64,000 nucleotides of DNA from Candidatus Latescibacterota bacterium (GCA_963707635.1 OY970173.1:2496001-2560000), one strand, 5' to 3'. Shown: positions 32,410 to 43,105, numbered from the stretch's first letter. Notes: generated by a model not told the origin, from the letters alone. A program made the numbers and translations.

Positions 32410-33909
32410 CTACCCCGACACGCTCTCGGTGTCGATCTGGGCGCGCTGCAGCCGGCCGCTGTAGTCGACGTAGACCGACTTCCACTCGGTGAAGATGTCG
32501 AGCACGGTGTGCGACGCCTCGCGATGGCCGTTGCCCGTGTCCTTGACGCCCCCGAACGGCAGCTGCACCTCGGCGCCGATGGTCGGGCCGTTCACGTAGG
32601 TGATGCCCGCCTCGATGTCGCGGATGGCGCGGAACGCCTGATTCACATCGCGGGTGTAGATCGAGCTCGAGAGACCATAGTCGGTGTCGTTGAGCGTTGC
32701 AATGGCGTCGTCCAGATCGCGCACTTCCAGCACCGCGAGCACGGGACCGAAGATCTCCTCGCGGGCGATACGCATCGAGCGCGTCACCCCGTCGAAGATG
32801 GTGGGGGTGTAGAACCAGCCCTTTTCACACTCGCCGCGGGCGTAGATCTCGCCGCCGTGCACGAGCCGGGCGCCGTCCTCCCGTTTGCCGATCTCGACGT
32901 AGCGGTGGACGCTCTCGCGCTGGGACGCGCTCACCATCGGTCCCACCTGGACGGTCTCGTCGAGGCCGTTGCCGAGCTTCAATGTCCTGACGCGCTCGAC
33001 GAGCATTTCGAGAAAGCGCTGTTTGATCGGCCGGTGGAGAATGAGGCGGCTGGTGGCCGTGCACCGCTGCCCCGCGGTACCGAAGGCGCCCCACAGCACG
33101 CCGTCGAGCGCGAGCTCGAGGTCCGCATCCTCCATCACGATCTGCGCGTTCTTTCCCCCCAGCTCCAGCGACAGCCGCTTCAGAGACTTGCCGCACACCT
33201 GCGCGAGGTGGCGGCCCACTTCCGACGAGCCGGTGAACGAGATGACGCGGACGTCGGGATGGTCGACCAGCCGGGCGCCGACGTTGCGCCCGTCTCCCGT
33301 CACCACGTTGACGACTCCCGGTGGAATGCCGGCTTCTTCGCACGCCTTCACCAGGTTGATCACCGACAGCGGCGTGTCGCTCGCCGGCTTGAGAATGGCG
33401 GTATTGCCGCACACCAGCGCCGGGAAGAGCTTCCAGGTGGGAATCGCCATGGGAAAATTCCACGGCGTGATCAGACCGCACACGCCGATGGGATGGCGCT
33501 CGGACCAGCCCGCCTTGCTGGGAAGTTCACACGGGACGGAATCCCCGAACAGGCGCCGTCCTTCGCCCCCCGCCAGAAAGGCGGTGTCGATTCCCTCCTG
33601 CACGTCGCCGCGCGTTTCCGAGAGGGTCTTGCCCATCTCGCGCGTCATGTCGCGCGCGAAGGCTTCCTTGTGCGCGGTCAGGATCGCGCCGGCCTTGAAC
33701 AGGTACTCGGCCCGCTTCGGGGCCGGGACCAGGCGCCAGGACGCGTACGCGCGTTTTGCCGCCACCACCGCGTCGTCCACGTCCTCCGCGGACGACGCCT
33801 GGAACGTGCACACCACTTCGTCGCGATCGGCCGGGTTGCGATTCTCGTCGGCGCGCCTCGCGCGGGAGCGAACCCACTTGCCGTCGATGTAGTTCAGCAT
33901 CTCTTGCAT
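32410..33909 (-). CDS. NAD(P)-dependent aldehyde dehydrogenase
   Basis: ITPWNFP, FTGS, LELGGKN, GQRCTA and EEIFGP. Confidence 0.95.
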   Translation of the reverse strand: MQEMLNYIDGKWVRSRARRADENRNPADRDEVVCTFQASSAEDVDDAVVAAKRAYASWRLVPAPKRAEYLFKAGAILTAHKEAFARDMTREMGKTLSETRGDVQEGIDTAFLAGGEGRRLFGDSVPCELPSKAGWSERHPIGVCGLITPWNFPMAIPTWKLFPALVCGNTAILKPASDTPLSVINLVKACEEAGIPPGVVNVVTGDGRNVGARLVDHPDVRVISFTGSSEVGRHLAQVCGKSLKRLSLELGGKNAQIVMEDADLELALDGVLWGAFGTAGQRCTATSRLILHRPIKQRFLEMLVERVRTLKLGNGLDETVQVGPMVSASQRESVHRYVEIGKREDGARLVHGGEIYARGECEKGWFYTPTIFDGVTRSMRIAREEIFGPVLAVLEVRDLDDAIATLNDTDYGLSSSIYTRDVNQAFRAIRDIEAGITYVNGPTIGAEVQLPFGGVKDTGNGHREASHTVLDIFTEWKSVYVDYSGRLQRAQIDTESVSG

Positions 33910-34005
33910 TGCGCTGTTTCCTTTCGATACAGATGCGAGGCGTGTGCGGGGGCGCCGGCGACGATGGCATACGGGCGGGACGGCGCGTCCGGTCGAGTCG
34001 CAGCG

Positions 34006-34035
34006 ACTCTAGCAAAACCGCCTTTCGCGCGTCAA
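34006..34035 (-). promoter_or_regulatory. Sigma-70-type promoter of the ALDH-ppdK unit
   Basis: TTGACG-18-TAGAGT with a TG extended -10. Confidence 0.55.
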
Positions 34036-34125
34036 TTCCGGGTCTGGAACGCAAACGGGGCCACGACCAATGGTCGCGGCCCCGGAACAATCTGGCCGGC
34101 GGCGCGTCCGGGCGGTCGCGCGCGC

Positions 34126-35421
34126 TCAACGAATGATGGTGATGCGCCCGTAGACCGAGTCGCCGCTCGACGCCTCGAGTCGATAGACGTACACGCCGGA
34201 CGCCACCGGCTCCTCGTAGCCGTTGCGCGTATCCCACTCCACGTTGCCGGTCCCCCCCTGGTGCGTGTGCCACCACACCAGGTCGCCCGCCACGGTGTAA
34301 ACCTGGATGGTACAGTCCGAGGGAACGTTCACGAAACGAATAACCTCGTCCGGATAGTTGTGGTAGTTGTCGGCTGTCAAGCGGCTCGACCCTGACCGGA
34401 ACGGGTTGGGCACCGCGTACACGTCATAGAGATCGTTCTGCGGGTTGGATTGCATCTTGACCTCCACGAGCTGCTCCCCGCATTCGTACGGTGTTCCCAG
34501 CGTCACCGCGCAATTGTCGACCTTGACCAGGCCCTGCTGACCGGATGTCGGCGTGTAGCCCCGATCGAAGGTGGTCACCGCGTAGTAGTAGGTGAACCCG
34601 TTGACCGCGTTGCAGTCGAACCAGAACAGCTGGTCGCTCTCGAGCGGCAGGTCGATGCGCGACCCGAGGCACTCGATGTCGCCGTACGGTGAAAACCACG
34701 GCGGGTCCTGCCTGAGCGTCGGAAGGATGTCGTAAAAATAGACCGAGTCGACAATGCTGCCCCCGGTGGCCTGCCCCCTGAACGCTTCCTGCTTGGACAC
34801 CTCGCCGAGAACCTCGAGGTCGCTTCCGTCGCTCTCGATCCCGCGCCACACGTGGAACCCCTCGAAATCCTCGAGCCCCAGGATGAACCCGCCCTGGGTG
34901 TCGACCTGCCCGGCGGAGAAGCGAATCTGCACGCCGAAGTCAACGAGGGCCAGCGTCCTCTGGTCCTTGAACAAGAGCGGGATCCATGCGTTCGGCACAT
35001 AGGAGGGTTGCAGCACGATCCGGTTGCTGAAGTACTCCTCATGACGGATGGAGAAATTGATGGTGATGGAATCCTGCCCGACCGTCCCGCCGGCGATCGC
35101 CCGGAAGTCCACGGTGCGGTCGATGTCGCCCGTGTAGGCGCCGCGCGTTCCCGGCACGCTCGACTCGCTGGCGGACGAATCCCGCAACCAGCCGGTGGTA
35201 TCCGGTTGGAGGACGAAAGCCGAACAACTGTCGGGGCTCTCCCGCCACGTGATGAAGTTGACGAAGTGCTTCTTCCCCGCGTCGTATGCGCTGTGCACCC
35301 TGACATCGGTCGGCGCCTGAAGAGTCAAGCCGGTCGGAGCGCTGGCGCGCGCGGTGAAGGCAATACTCACGAGGAGCCCGGCGGTCAGCGCCACGCCCCT
35401 TCGGGAACCCGGTGAGTTCAA
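34126..35421 (-). CDS. Secreted protein with C-terminal T9SS/FlgD-Ig sorting domain
   Basis: TTG start with GGAGG. Signal peptide. FEGFHVWR...YYYAVTTFD (FN3-like). VPNPF...IRFVNVP...WDTRN...VASGVY...ITIIR. Confidence 0.78.
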   Translation of the reverse strand: MNSPGSRRGVALTAGLLVSIAFTARASAPTGLTLQAPTDVRVHSAYDAGKKHFVNFITWRESPDSCSAFVLQPDTTGWLRDSSASESSVPGTRGAYTGDIDRTVDFRAIAGGTVGQDSITINFSIRHEEYFSNRIVLQPSYVPNAWIPLLFKDQRTLALVDFGVQIRFSAGQVDTQGGFILGLEDFEGFHVWRGIESDGSDLEVLGEVSKQEAFRGQATGGSIVDSVYFYDILPTLRQDPPWFSPYGDIECLGSRIDLPLESDQLFWFDCNAVNGFTYYYAVTTFDRGYTPTSGQQGLVKVDNCAVTLGTPYECGEQLVEVKMQSNPQNDLYDVYAVPNPFRSGSSRLTADNYHNYPDEVIRFVNVPSDCTIQVYTVAGDLVWWHTHQGGTGNVEWDTRNGYEEPVASGVYVYRLEASSGDSVYGRITIIR

Positions 35422-35467
35422 GCAAGTCCCTCCTGGATCACAATCGTCGCATCCGCCGGCGCTCGCC

Positions 35468-37834
35468 TCACGGCGAGGTCGATGCCGTCGCCGACCCGGG
35501 CACGCGTGGCAGCTGCCATTCGTTGAAGAAGATGTACTCCATGGCCGGCTTGACCTGATTCGGCTTGAAGTACACCGGAGGAAACCCGAACACGACGCTG
35601 CGTGCGCCGATCGCCCCAGGCACATCCGCGACCCGGTCCGCGAACGCACTGGTCCAGAAAGCCACCGGCTCATTGTACGTCGGTTCCTGGGTGTCGAGGG
35701 AAATCATCCCGTAGATGGGCTGGAAGCAATTCCGCGGGTTAGAAACATACTGGCAGGCCTTCCCGCTGCGGAAGTACGAGGGGTTGTACACTTCCGCATC
35801 GAGCCCTCTGTCCGACGGCTGGTAGAACATGCCCGGCTCGGTTATTTCGTCCCGCAGCTCGAGGGGCGGAAAGTTCAAGTCGAGTGGATTGGCGCCGCGC
35901 ATGGTGTCGTCCCGCAAGGAGGTCAGATCATAGGGGTCGCGATATTGCTCCACGGAGCAGTAGAACTGCGCCCCAGACTGGCGGTAGCGGCGCCGGCTGC
36001 TAAACATGTACCCGTAGTCGATGACGTCCACGCACAGCTCTCTGTACGCGAACGAAATCTCGCCCATGGGGTCGGAGACATCCGGTCCGTCGGACCCGGT
36101 CTGGAGGTCTTGGCCTTCCATCTCGTATCTCACGATTAGCGGGTGACGCGGGCTGGCAAGGTCACGGTTCTCGACAAGCTGCACCGGGTGCTGACCTGCG
36201 AGCATGAGGTGCACGCCGGCCGCCATCGAGAGGGCGAGGTAGTTCGGCTGCACCTTGCCGCTCAGAGGGCCGCCGCCAGATGTCGTTCGCTGCGAGCGAT
36301 ATTGAATATACGAGTAAAGCAGGGGAAAATCGGCCTCCTGACCGACGTCGGCGTAGACACTCCAGATAATCGCCTTGTACCGGGCCAGCAGCGCCAGCGG
36401 TACCTCACCCGCCTTGGACAGGCTGATCACGTCGCTCGCCAGGTCGAAGCCCTTGACGTTCGACACCATGTCGACCCAGAACGCGTCGTGCTCGGCGTCG
36501 TTGGGCAATACTCCCCGCCCCCGACCATTGCCCCACCCCGGATCCGACGCTGGTTGTTCGTCCGGCTTGAAGTCATCGACGATCAGCACGTCTCGCTCCA
36601 GGGTGAACTGAATCACGTTGACCTTGATCTCGACGCGCGAGCAGAAGCCGGAATTGTCCACCACCTCGACCGTCAGGGTGTGGGTTCCGAAAAAGAATGT
36701 TCGCGGAGTCGTTGAGGCCACGCTCTGGACGAACGGAGTCCAATCAACCTCCCACTGCTCGGGGTCGGTCAGGTCCGAGATGTCCCACCCGAAACGGTAC
36801 CCTGAAACGATACCGCCGTAATCCTTGGCGTCCGCTGCAAAAGAAAAATTCAGCGTGACCCCGGCGGGAACATCGAGGACCGTGAGCGGTGTGCTGCACG
36901 TGGTCGTGGCCGTCGCTCCCATGTAGACGTTCGCCACCGTGAGCAGCGGCCCCGTGATGCGACTACCCACGCGCAGCCGCCGCACGTTGAATGCCTCGTC
37001 GAGCACCGGGGTCACCGCACCCGCCTCGTCCTTGGCACGCATGGCGAAGATGTAGGTGCCGTATTCCTGCGGCGGCGACGTCCAGAACTTACCGCTGTCG
37101 TTCTCGGCGCGGTAGAAGACCCACGGGTACCATTCTTTTTGGGACGCCGGGGAGCCGCTGCGGAGGTACGCAATCGTCGCGTCGAGGGGTCTCTGAGCGG
37201 AGGCGAAGGGTTTCGTGCTTACCAGCGCCCATTGCACCGAGTCCGGCTCCTGCGCCACCAGGCGGTCGCTCACGTAGTCCGATGCCAGCCAGCTGAAGGT
37301 GATGATCGGCGGGACGTCGGCGGGCGTCGTGACGCCTGGGGTCCCGACCGGGATCATGATGTTCACCGACGGGGACAACGTCCTGGACGTGAACGAGCGG
37401 TAGGCGGGCCGGGTCGAGCGCAGGCCCTCCTCGTCGACCGCGCGGATGAAGAAGGTGTGCGAGCGTCTGAATTCGCTGATCTGCGACGTGGGCCTCGGAT
37501 CCGCCAGGTTGTCCGCAGAAAACACAATCGTCGAATCGTTCGCGAGCACCGGGGTCCACGGCTTTCCCACCGTGTCCGCCGGGTTGAACACGCCGGTCGT
37601 GTTGTTCGTGGTCAGGAACTCGTAGCGGAGGATCTCGCCGTCTGGGTCCCATCCCCCCCAGTACAGGTGCACTCTGTACTTCTCTACCGTGCCTTCCGGC
37701 GGCGCTGCCGACAACCATACCCGCGGCGGCTGGTTCTCAAGGCGGGTACCTTGGATTCCCTCGCTGGTGCATGCCTGAAACATGCCCAACACGGCGAAGG
37801 CGATCAACCATATGCACAGCCCATGACGCCTCAT
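35468..37834 (-). CDS. Large hypothetical lipoprotein (Ig/FN3-like repeats plus C-terminal alpha/beta domain)
   Basis: Lipobox FQAC. NQPP...YW.G.D.DG...HTFFIRAVDEEG. C-terminal DVLIVDD/YKAIIW/VVFGFP. AGAGG RBS. Confidence 0.78.
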   Translation of the reverse strand: MRRHGLCIWLIAFAVLGMFQACTSEGIQGTRLENQPPRVWLSAAPPEGTVEKYRVHLYWGGWDPDGEILRYEFLTTNNTTGVFNPADTVGKPWTPVLANDSTIVFSADNLADPRPTSQISEFRRSHTFFIRAVDEEGLRSTRPAYRSFTSRTLSPSVNIMIPVGTPGVTTPADVPPIITFSWLASDYVSDRLVAQEPDSVQWALVSTKPFASAQRPLDATIAYLRSGSPASQKEWYPWVFYRAENDSGKFWTSPPQEYGTYIFAMRAKDEAGAVTPVLDEAFNVRRLRVGSRITGPLLTVANVYMGATATTTCSTPLTVLDVPAGVTLNFSFAADAKDYGGIVSGYRFGWDISDLTDPEQWEVDWTPFVQSVASTTPRTFFFGTHTLTVEVVDNSGFCSRVEIKVNVIQFTLERDVLIVDDFKPDEQPASDPGWGNGRGRGVLPNDAEHDAFWVDMVSNVKGFDLASDVISLSKAGEVPLALLARYKAIIWSVYADVGQEADFPLLYSYIQYRSQRTTSGGGPLSGKVQPNYLALSMAAGVHLMLAGQHPVQLVENRDLASPRHPLIVRYEMEGQDLQTGSDGPDVSDPMGEISFAYRELCVDVIDYGYMFSSRRRYRQSGAQFYCSVEQYRDPYDLTSLRDDTMRGANPLDLNFPPLELRDEITEPGMFYQPSDRGLDAEVYNPSYFRSGKACQYVSNPRNCFQPIYGMISLDTQEPTYNEPVAFWTSAFADRVADVPGAIGARSVVFGFPPVYFKPNQVKPAMEYIFFNEWQLPRVPGSATASTSP

Positions 37835-37844
37835 AGCCATACCT

Positions 37845-39716
37845 CTAGCGCTCAAACTTCAGGTAGAACGTCACGACCCGCGCGGGCGTCCACCTGCCCA
37901 GCGACTCGTAGTTGAACGCGTTGATCAAGTTTCTGGTGCCCGGTTGTGGACCGGCGGCGCTGTCCTGCGGAACTGCATTCCAGAACACGTACTGCGAAAA
38001 GTCTCTCTCTCCCAATCTCGTATCGCGCCCGTACAGGACCATCGTGATGGTGTTGTTGAAGTACCCGGGGAGCGCGGCGAACACGTCGTCGCCCTCGGGG
38101 TCGTCGTACCGGATCAGCACCTCCATGCGGTCGCTCATCGCGTTGTCCGCGGTGCCCGCGAACCACGCCGGCCCGGCCCGGCCCAGCGACCACGATGTTC
38201 CCGTCCCCGACGACGCGCTATAACCTGTGTACACGAAATAACGCCACGACCTGATCGCCGACCCCAAGGGGTCTCTGGGATCGTCGTGGCCCGTGGCACT
38301 TACCGTCCATGCGAAGCGTTTGTAGTAACGACCGTTGCTCGACACCGTGTCGCTTTCCGCGTCGTACGGCCACCCCACCCCCTTATAGAAGTGCCACGTC
38401 AGTGTGTCCACCGTCGACACGTCGAGGGGGCTGCCCTGCTGGTCGCGCACGGCCCACGTGTCCATGGTCGGGTCGAAGTTCCCGATGATGTGGAACGAGG
38501 GCGCCGTCCCGTCGCGCGTCCCGTTTTCGTCGATCCCGGCGGCGAAGAAGTCGTACTCCACCGACCCGACGTCGACCGAGTTCGAATCCGTCGCCGAACC
38601 CTTGTCGGAGTCGTGGCGTCCGCTTCGCGGCAGCCAGTTGCTGTCCTCATAGGCCGAGGGAACGCGCGCCGAGGTTCGCAGGTATCGGACCTGGAAGTCG
38701 ATGCAGCTGTCCGGGAGGGTGGCCGAACACGTCCAGACATCGCGCTTATCGTCGAACGCCCTGTATCGGGACCATATCCAGCTGCCCAACGGCACGGTGT
38801 CCGGGATCCCGTCGGTGAAATTCACCGTTCGGACGATCCGGAGGTTGTTCCTGAAGGACGTATTCTTGACACTGATTATCTCCGTTTGTGGGTCGAAGTT
38901 GACGACCACCTGGGAAACACCGGTTCGGAACTGGCCCGCGTCGATCTGCGACTCCGCGTTGGCGCCGTCGATGCACTTGGCCGCGAATCTGAAGACCCCG
39001 GCGGGAAATGCGTCTGCGTCCTTGTTCGGGAAGGTCCGCATCGTGTCCCCGATGTCGGTCCAGGCGTTGGAGCCCTGGAGGACGATGGTGGCGCTCAACG
39101 GGTAATAGTAATATCCGCCAAGCGACCCGTTGATCGTCAGCCCGTGGTAGCTGATGGCAAAGGGGTGATACATTCCGACGGTGTCGGCTGGCGGCGTTCG
39201 CTTCGTGTACGGCCGCGCCGCGCCGTTGATGTAGTTGACGAATCGTATCTGGGGGAGTTGGCCGATCGTCGCCACGAATTCCACCCCCGCCGGTTGGGGG
39301 TCGATGACGCCGTTGTCATCGATCGCCGCCACCAGAAAGGCCTGGCGATTCTTGCGCACTCCCACCCCGCCGACATCCTTGTACGCGACAAACGAGAACA
39401 CCGAATCGGTGCGCGTCGTGATGCGCCCGAGCTGGTAGTCACGGAGGCGCCCGGCCGGGTTCCACGTGGACTCCCCCAGGGCGAGCGTGTCCTGTATCGA
39501 CCACAGGTAGCGCGTCGTCGTCCCGTCCCGATCGACGCCCCGCCAGTATACGTGCACGAGGTACTCGTACTCGCTCGAATCCGGCGGCGCGTACCACAGC
39601 TGGGTATCCGGCGGCTGGTTGCGGTCCACCAGCGACGGCTGGTTACGACGGCAGGACGCCGTCAGCGCGACCAGGCACACGGCGAGCGCAGCGGCTCCCT
39701 TGAGGTATCTCGGCAT
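37845..39716 (-). CDS. Hypothetical lipoprotein, N-terminally paralogous to the downstream lipoprotein
   Basis: MPRYLKGAAALAVCLVALTASC lipobox. NQPPDT...YWRGVDRDG...FLVAAIDDNG. AAGGAG RBS. Confidence 0.78.
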   Translation of the reverse strand: MPRYLKGAAALAVCLVALTASCRRNQPSLVDRNQPPDTQLWYAPPDSSEYEYLVHVYWRGVDRDGTTTRYLWSIQDTLALGESTWNPAGRLRDYQLGRITTRTDSVFSFVAYKDVGGVGVRKNRQAFLVAAIDDNGVIDPQPAGVEFVATIGQLPQIRFVNYINGAARPYTKRTPPADTVGMYHPFAISYHGLTINGSLGGYYYYPLSATIVLQGSNAWTDIGDTMRTFPNKDADAFPAGVFRFAAKCIDGANAESQIDAGQFRTGVSQVVVNFDPQTEIISVKNTSFRNNLRIVRTVNFTDGIPDTVPLGSWIWSRYRAFDDKRDVWTCSATLPDSCIDFQVRYLRTSARVPSAYEDSNWLPRSGRHDSDKGSATDSNSVDVGSVEYDFFAAGIDENGTRDGTAPSFHIIGNFDPTMDTWAVRDQQGSPLDVSTVDTLTWHFYKGVGWPYDAESDTVSSNGRYYKRFAWTVSATGHDDPRDPLGSAIRSWRYFVYTGYSASSGTGTSWSLGRAGPAWFAGTADNAMSDRMEVLIRYDDPEGDDVFAALPGYFNNTITMVLYGRDTRLGERDFSQYVFWNAVPQDSAAGPQPGTRNLINAFNYESLGRWTPARVVTFYLKFER

Positions 39717-39779
39717 GCGAAGAACGGCTCCTTCGTGCGTAGCGTAAGCTGGCGCGGGGACTCGAGCTGAAGCGGTTGC

Positions 39780-39809
39780 AATATAAGCGTATGGCAATTT
39801 GGGTGTCAA
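39780..39809 (-). promoter_or_regulatory. Sigma-70-type promoter of the lipoprotein operon
   Basis: TTGACA-18-TATATT. Confidence 0.65.
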
Positions 39810-39918
39810 ACCAAATCTGTCCCGGCTCCCGTGCAGATAGGGTCGGACGGCACTCCCCGCTTCCCACCCCCCCCTTCGCCCCAACTCCACAACACCCGCT
39901 TCCCGCCCGGCAATGCTC

Positions 39919-39959
39919 AAAAAGAAAGCGGGGGCTCGACCTTGCGATCGAGCCCCCGC
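39919..39959 (-). terminator. Rho-independent terminator after the 1037-aa gene
   Basis: GCGGGGGCTCGA-TCGCAAGG-TCGAGCCCCCGC-TTTCTTTTT on the minus strand (12-bp perfect stem plus U tract). Confidence 0.9.
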
Positions 39960-39991
39960 CGGACTACGACACCCGTGTGTCGAAGAACTTC

Positions 39992-42900
39992 CTACTTCAG
40001 AAGAACCATCTTCTTCGTCTGCGTGAAGTTGTTCGCAACGAGCTTGTAGAAATACACACCGCTCGAGACTGCCTGGCCCGCGTCGTTGCGACCGTCCCAC
40101 ACCTTCGTGTGGGCACCCGCCGCGAACTGCTCGTTAGCCAGCGTCCGGACCAGCTGGCCCGCCACGTTGTAAACCTTGAGGTTCACAAGACCGCGCTCCT
40201 TGACCGAGAACGCGATCGTCGTCTGCGGGTTGAACGGGTTCGGGTAGTTCTGCGAGAGGCTGTTGCTAGCAACCGCGCCTGTCCCCGTCGGCTGGGGCGG
40301 CGTGTTGCCGAGCCACGTGATGATGTCGTGCAGGTGCTTTGCACGGTCCGAAATACCATCGTTTTCATCGTCACGGATGTACGAGAACCCGAAGCCGGAC
40401 AGAATAACGCCGACACTGACCGTCTGCGGGTTGACCGTGCGATCCGAAACGATCGCGCTGTTGATCGGCTCAGGCGTCCACACGCCGCCAGTCGGCGCGC
40501 CGTAGCTGCCCTCCGACACCGCATCGCCGGTCGGCGTCATCACGTCGAAGTCGTTGTACACATTGCAACCACCGTACGCAAAGAACGTATCGCCGGCGAA
40601 GCACCCGGCCGGGTCGGTGTTGATCAACGGATTGATCGGGAACCCCTTGACATAGTGATCGCCGCCATTGGGATTCGACAGCGAATACCGGATGTAGGCC
40701 TTGAAGTTGGCCGCAGCCGTGCCTGTAAAGGCCTGCAACCGGGACGGCTGGTCGTCGCCGCAGAAATACAGGCCACCCGGATTCGTCAGGCCATCCAGGA
40801 ACTGCTTGAGGATTAGCGTATCGGGGCTCTTGTCGTGGTTCGTTGCCCCCGTCACGCCGTCGCCGATGCCGACCGTGAGATCACCGGAATCCCAGATGAT
40901 CTTCCGGTAGTTGCCGGTCAACTGAGTGATATCGTTGACTCGGCTACCCAGGCGGTTGGCAACGTCGGACGAAGGTCCGCGAACGTCGAACCGATCCACA
41001 TCGTCAAGCAGTCCGAGCGACTGGAACGCCGTGTCGAAGTACGGCTGACCACCGCGGCCGTCCAAGCAGTCGACATACAGAATGTCGCCATTTACCGCGC
41101 CACCGGCGGGCAAGCACGTGAACTCGGAAGCGTAGGTCGCCGCCTCGCTGGCGGTGTTCACCTGCAGGGTGAGAGCCGAACCGCCAAGGTACGTCTTCAC
41201 ACCGTTGGTGTTCTCCGCAGAGTACCAGAAGCATATGGTATCGCCCGGCTCCCACAGGCAGTCGTTGAGGTCGATACAGTACTTATCCAGTACATCCGTC
41301 GTGTCGAGACGGACGATATCCCACACGATGCTATTGACGGTTGTCGTGCCCACCCACGGGAACCTCGCAGGATCCTGTGTGAGAGCCGCACCGGTCTTGT
41401 TAGCCTGACCCTGCGGCCATGTGGCCACATAGATGTAGGCCTTCGGCTTGCCGGTGCCGTCGAGGGCGAGCCCCGCCTCCGGGTCGGCCATCGAGTACAC
41501 AACCGCGCTGTCATACGGGACGATACCCGGGGTGGTATAGCCGTTGCTGGTGGCCGCCCCGTCCGCGCGAACAAAGCCAGCCCAATCGCCGGTCGTCTCC
41601 GCGAAGTTGTCCTGGAACTGCTCCGAATCGCGGACCGTCCACTGCGGGCCATCTGCCTCGACACGATAGACTCTCACCGTGTCAAACAGCGGCGCCTGGG
41701 TGTGGCAGGTTGTGGCGGCCCCACCGCACCACGGACGGCAGTTGTCGAGGACACCCAGGCCGACCTGGACGTCGGAAGCGTTGGAGAGGTCCAGGAGGGG
41801 CGCCAGAACTGACTGCGCCCGTCCCCACGCCGGGGTACCGTTCGAGTAGTAAACAAAGTTAATGTCGTGCCACGCCTTCGGGCAGGGATTGCCGGTGTCA
41901 TACTGGCGCACGCGCCACACATAGAACACCAGGTTTGCCAGCGGAAGGTGAACGTACACCGTAAACTCCATGTTCAGCACGGAACCGGCGGTCCCCGCCA
42001 GGGAGATCTTCGGCGACCAGATCTCGTTGTGGATGTACGCGCCGTACTGATTCATCAGCGGCACGACCCTCTGCGCCGGCTTGCCGATGCAGCCGCCGAA
42101 GAAGGGGGAATTGTTGATGGCGGCCCATACGCAGGAAAGATCTTTCCGGCACGGGTCATCCTGCGCAATCGAGGTGCCCGGGAAAGTGGCCATGTAATTC
42201 CCGAAGCCATTTACCTTGCCCGCGATCCAGTCGTTGGACGATGTGGCACCGACCACTTCGTCCTCGAACTCCTCGAGCATGCCACCCTCGACAGTGAGGC
42301 TGTCGACATGGACAGCGCCGTTGGTCGGATAGACGCCGTCCTCGTCCGAATACGCGTGCTGCGATTGGAAGCGCAGGCGCACCTTGACGGGGCCAGCGGC
42401 CGGAACCACGGGTTTCGACACGACGAGGAAGGAGTCGAAGTCAACCGGGACATTAGCGTCAAGGTCGGTGAGGCCGTCGGGTGTGGCTCCCGTACCTGGT
42501 CCGACACCGCCATACAACCGCTTCCAGACCTCGTTTCCGGAGTTGCTGCAGTCGGCCGTATACTCGATCGACCAGCCGCAGTACGTGTAGTGGGAACTCC
42601 ACTGGGCGATCATCGCCACATCCACGTTACCCACGACGGCGACGCAGCTCTTCATCGACCACGTCTGGTCCCAGTTGTTACCGTAGCCGGGAGCCGACTC
42701 GTAGGAGCAAACGAGCCCATCAGGATTGTTCGCACGCGTTCCGCACCAGAGCGACTTCGAACCCCGAATCGGCGCATAATCCGCCGCCGGAAGCCCGGAA
42801 TAGTCGTCGATGTGCCAGTAAAGAGGGCTGACCGTCGACAGATCAACCCCGGTCCAGCCCTGGGCCGTACACGTGGTAGGACTGGCGTCGAAATTATACG

Positions 42901-43105
42901 CCCCCAGAATCGTCGTGTTCGCCGCCGCGGTCGCCGCCAGAGCCTGCTGCTCCGAGCGGTAGTCCGACGTGGGCGACTGGTACGCGTTTATCTGGTAATC
43001 GCCATAATTCGGTTCATGCTTCTTGCCAGCCTTCGCAAACGCCATCGAAGCGATGAGCGTGAGACCGAGCGCAAGAACACAGGAACCGCGCAATGCATTC
43101 TTCAT
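39992..43105 (-). CDS. Cys-rich secreted multidomain protein with T9SS type A sorting domain
   Basis: Signal peptide (...SMAFA|K). Jelly-roll-like N-terminal region (KSLWCG...GYGNNW). C-terminus LSQNYPNPFNPQTTI...WDGRN...SSGVYFYKL...KKMVLLK. Confidence 0.88.
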   Translation of the reverse strand: MKNALRGSCVLALGLTLIASMAFAKAGKKHEPNYGDYQINAYQSPTSDYRSEQQALAATAAANTTILGAYNFDASPTTCTAQGWTGVDLSTVSPLYWHIDDYSGLPAADYAPIRGSKSLWCGTRANNPDGLVCSYESAPGYGNNWDQTWSMKSCVAVVGNVDVAMIAQWSSHYTYCGWSIEYTADCSNSGNEVWKRLYGGVGPGTGATPDGLTDLDANVPVDFDSFLVVSKPVVPAAGPVKVRLRFQSQHAYSDEDGVYPTNGAVHVDSLTVEGGMLEEFEDEVVGATSSNDWIAGKVNGFGNYMATFPGTSIAQDDPCRKDLSCVWAAINNSPFFGGCIGKPAQRVVPLMNQYGAYIHNEIWSPKISLAGTAGSVLNMEFTVYVHLPLANLVFYVWRVRQYDTGNPCPKAWHDINFVYYSNGTPAWGRAQSVLAPLLDLSNASDVQVGLGVLDNCRPWCGGAATTCHTQAPLFDTVRVYRVEADGPQWTVRDSEQFQDNFAETTGDWAGFVRADGAATSNGYTTPGIVPYDSAVVYSMADPEAGLALDGTGKPKAYIYVATWPQGQANKTGAALTQDPARFPWVGTTTVNSIVWDIVRLDTTDVLDKYCIDLNDCLWEPGDTICFWYSAENTNGVKTYLGGSALTLQVNTASEAATYASEFTCLPAGGAVNGDILYVDCLDGRGGQPYFDTAFQSLGLLDDVDRFDVRGPSSDVANRLGSRVNDITQLTGNYRKIIWDSGDLTVGIGDGVTGATNHDKSPDTLILKQFLDGLTNPGGLYFCGDDQPSRLQAFTGTAAANFKAYIRYSLSNPNGGDHYVKGFPINPLINTDPAGCFAGDTFFAYGGCNVYNDFDVMTPTGDAVSEGSYGAPTGGVWTPEPINSAIVSDRTVNPQTVSVGVILSGFGFSYIRDDENDGISDRAKHLHDIITWLGNTPPQPTGTGAVASNSLSQNYPNPFNPQTTIAFSVKERGLVNLKVYNVAGQLVRTLANEQFAAGAHTKVWDGRNDAGQAVSSGVYFYKLVANNFTQTKKMVLLK

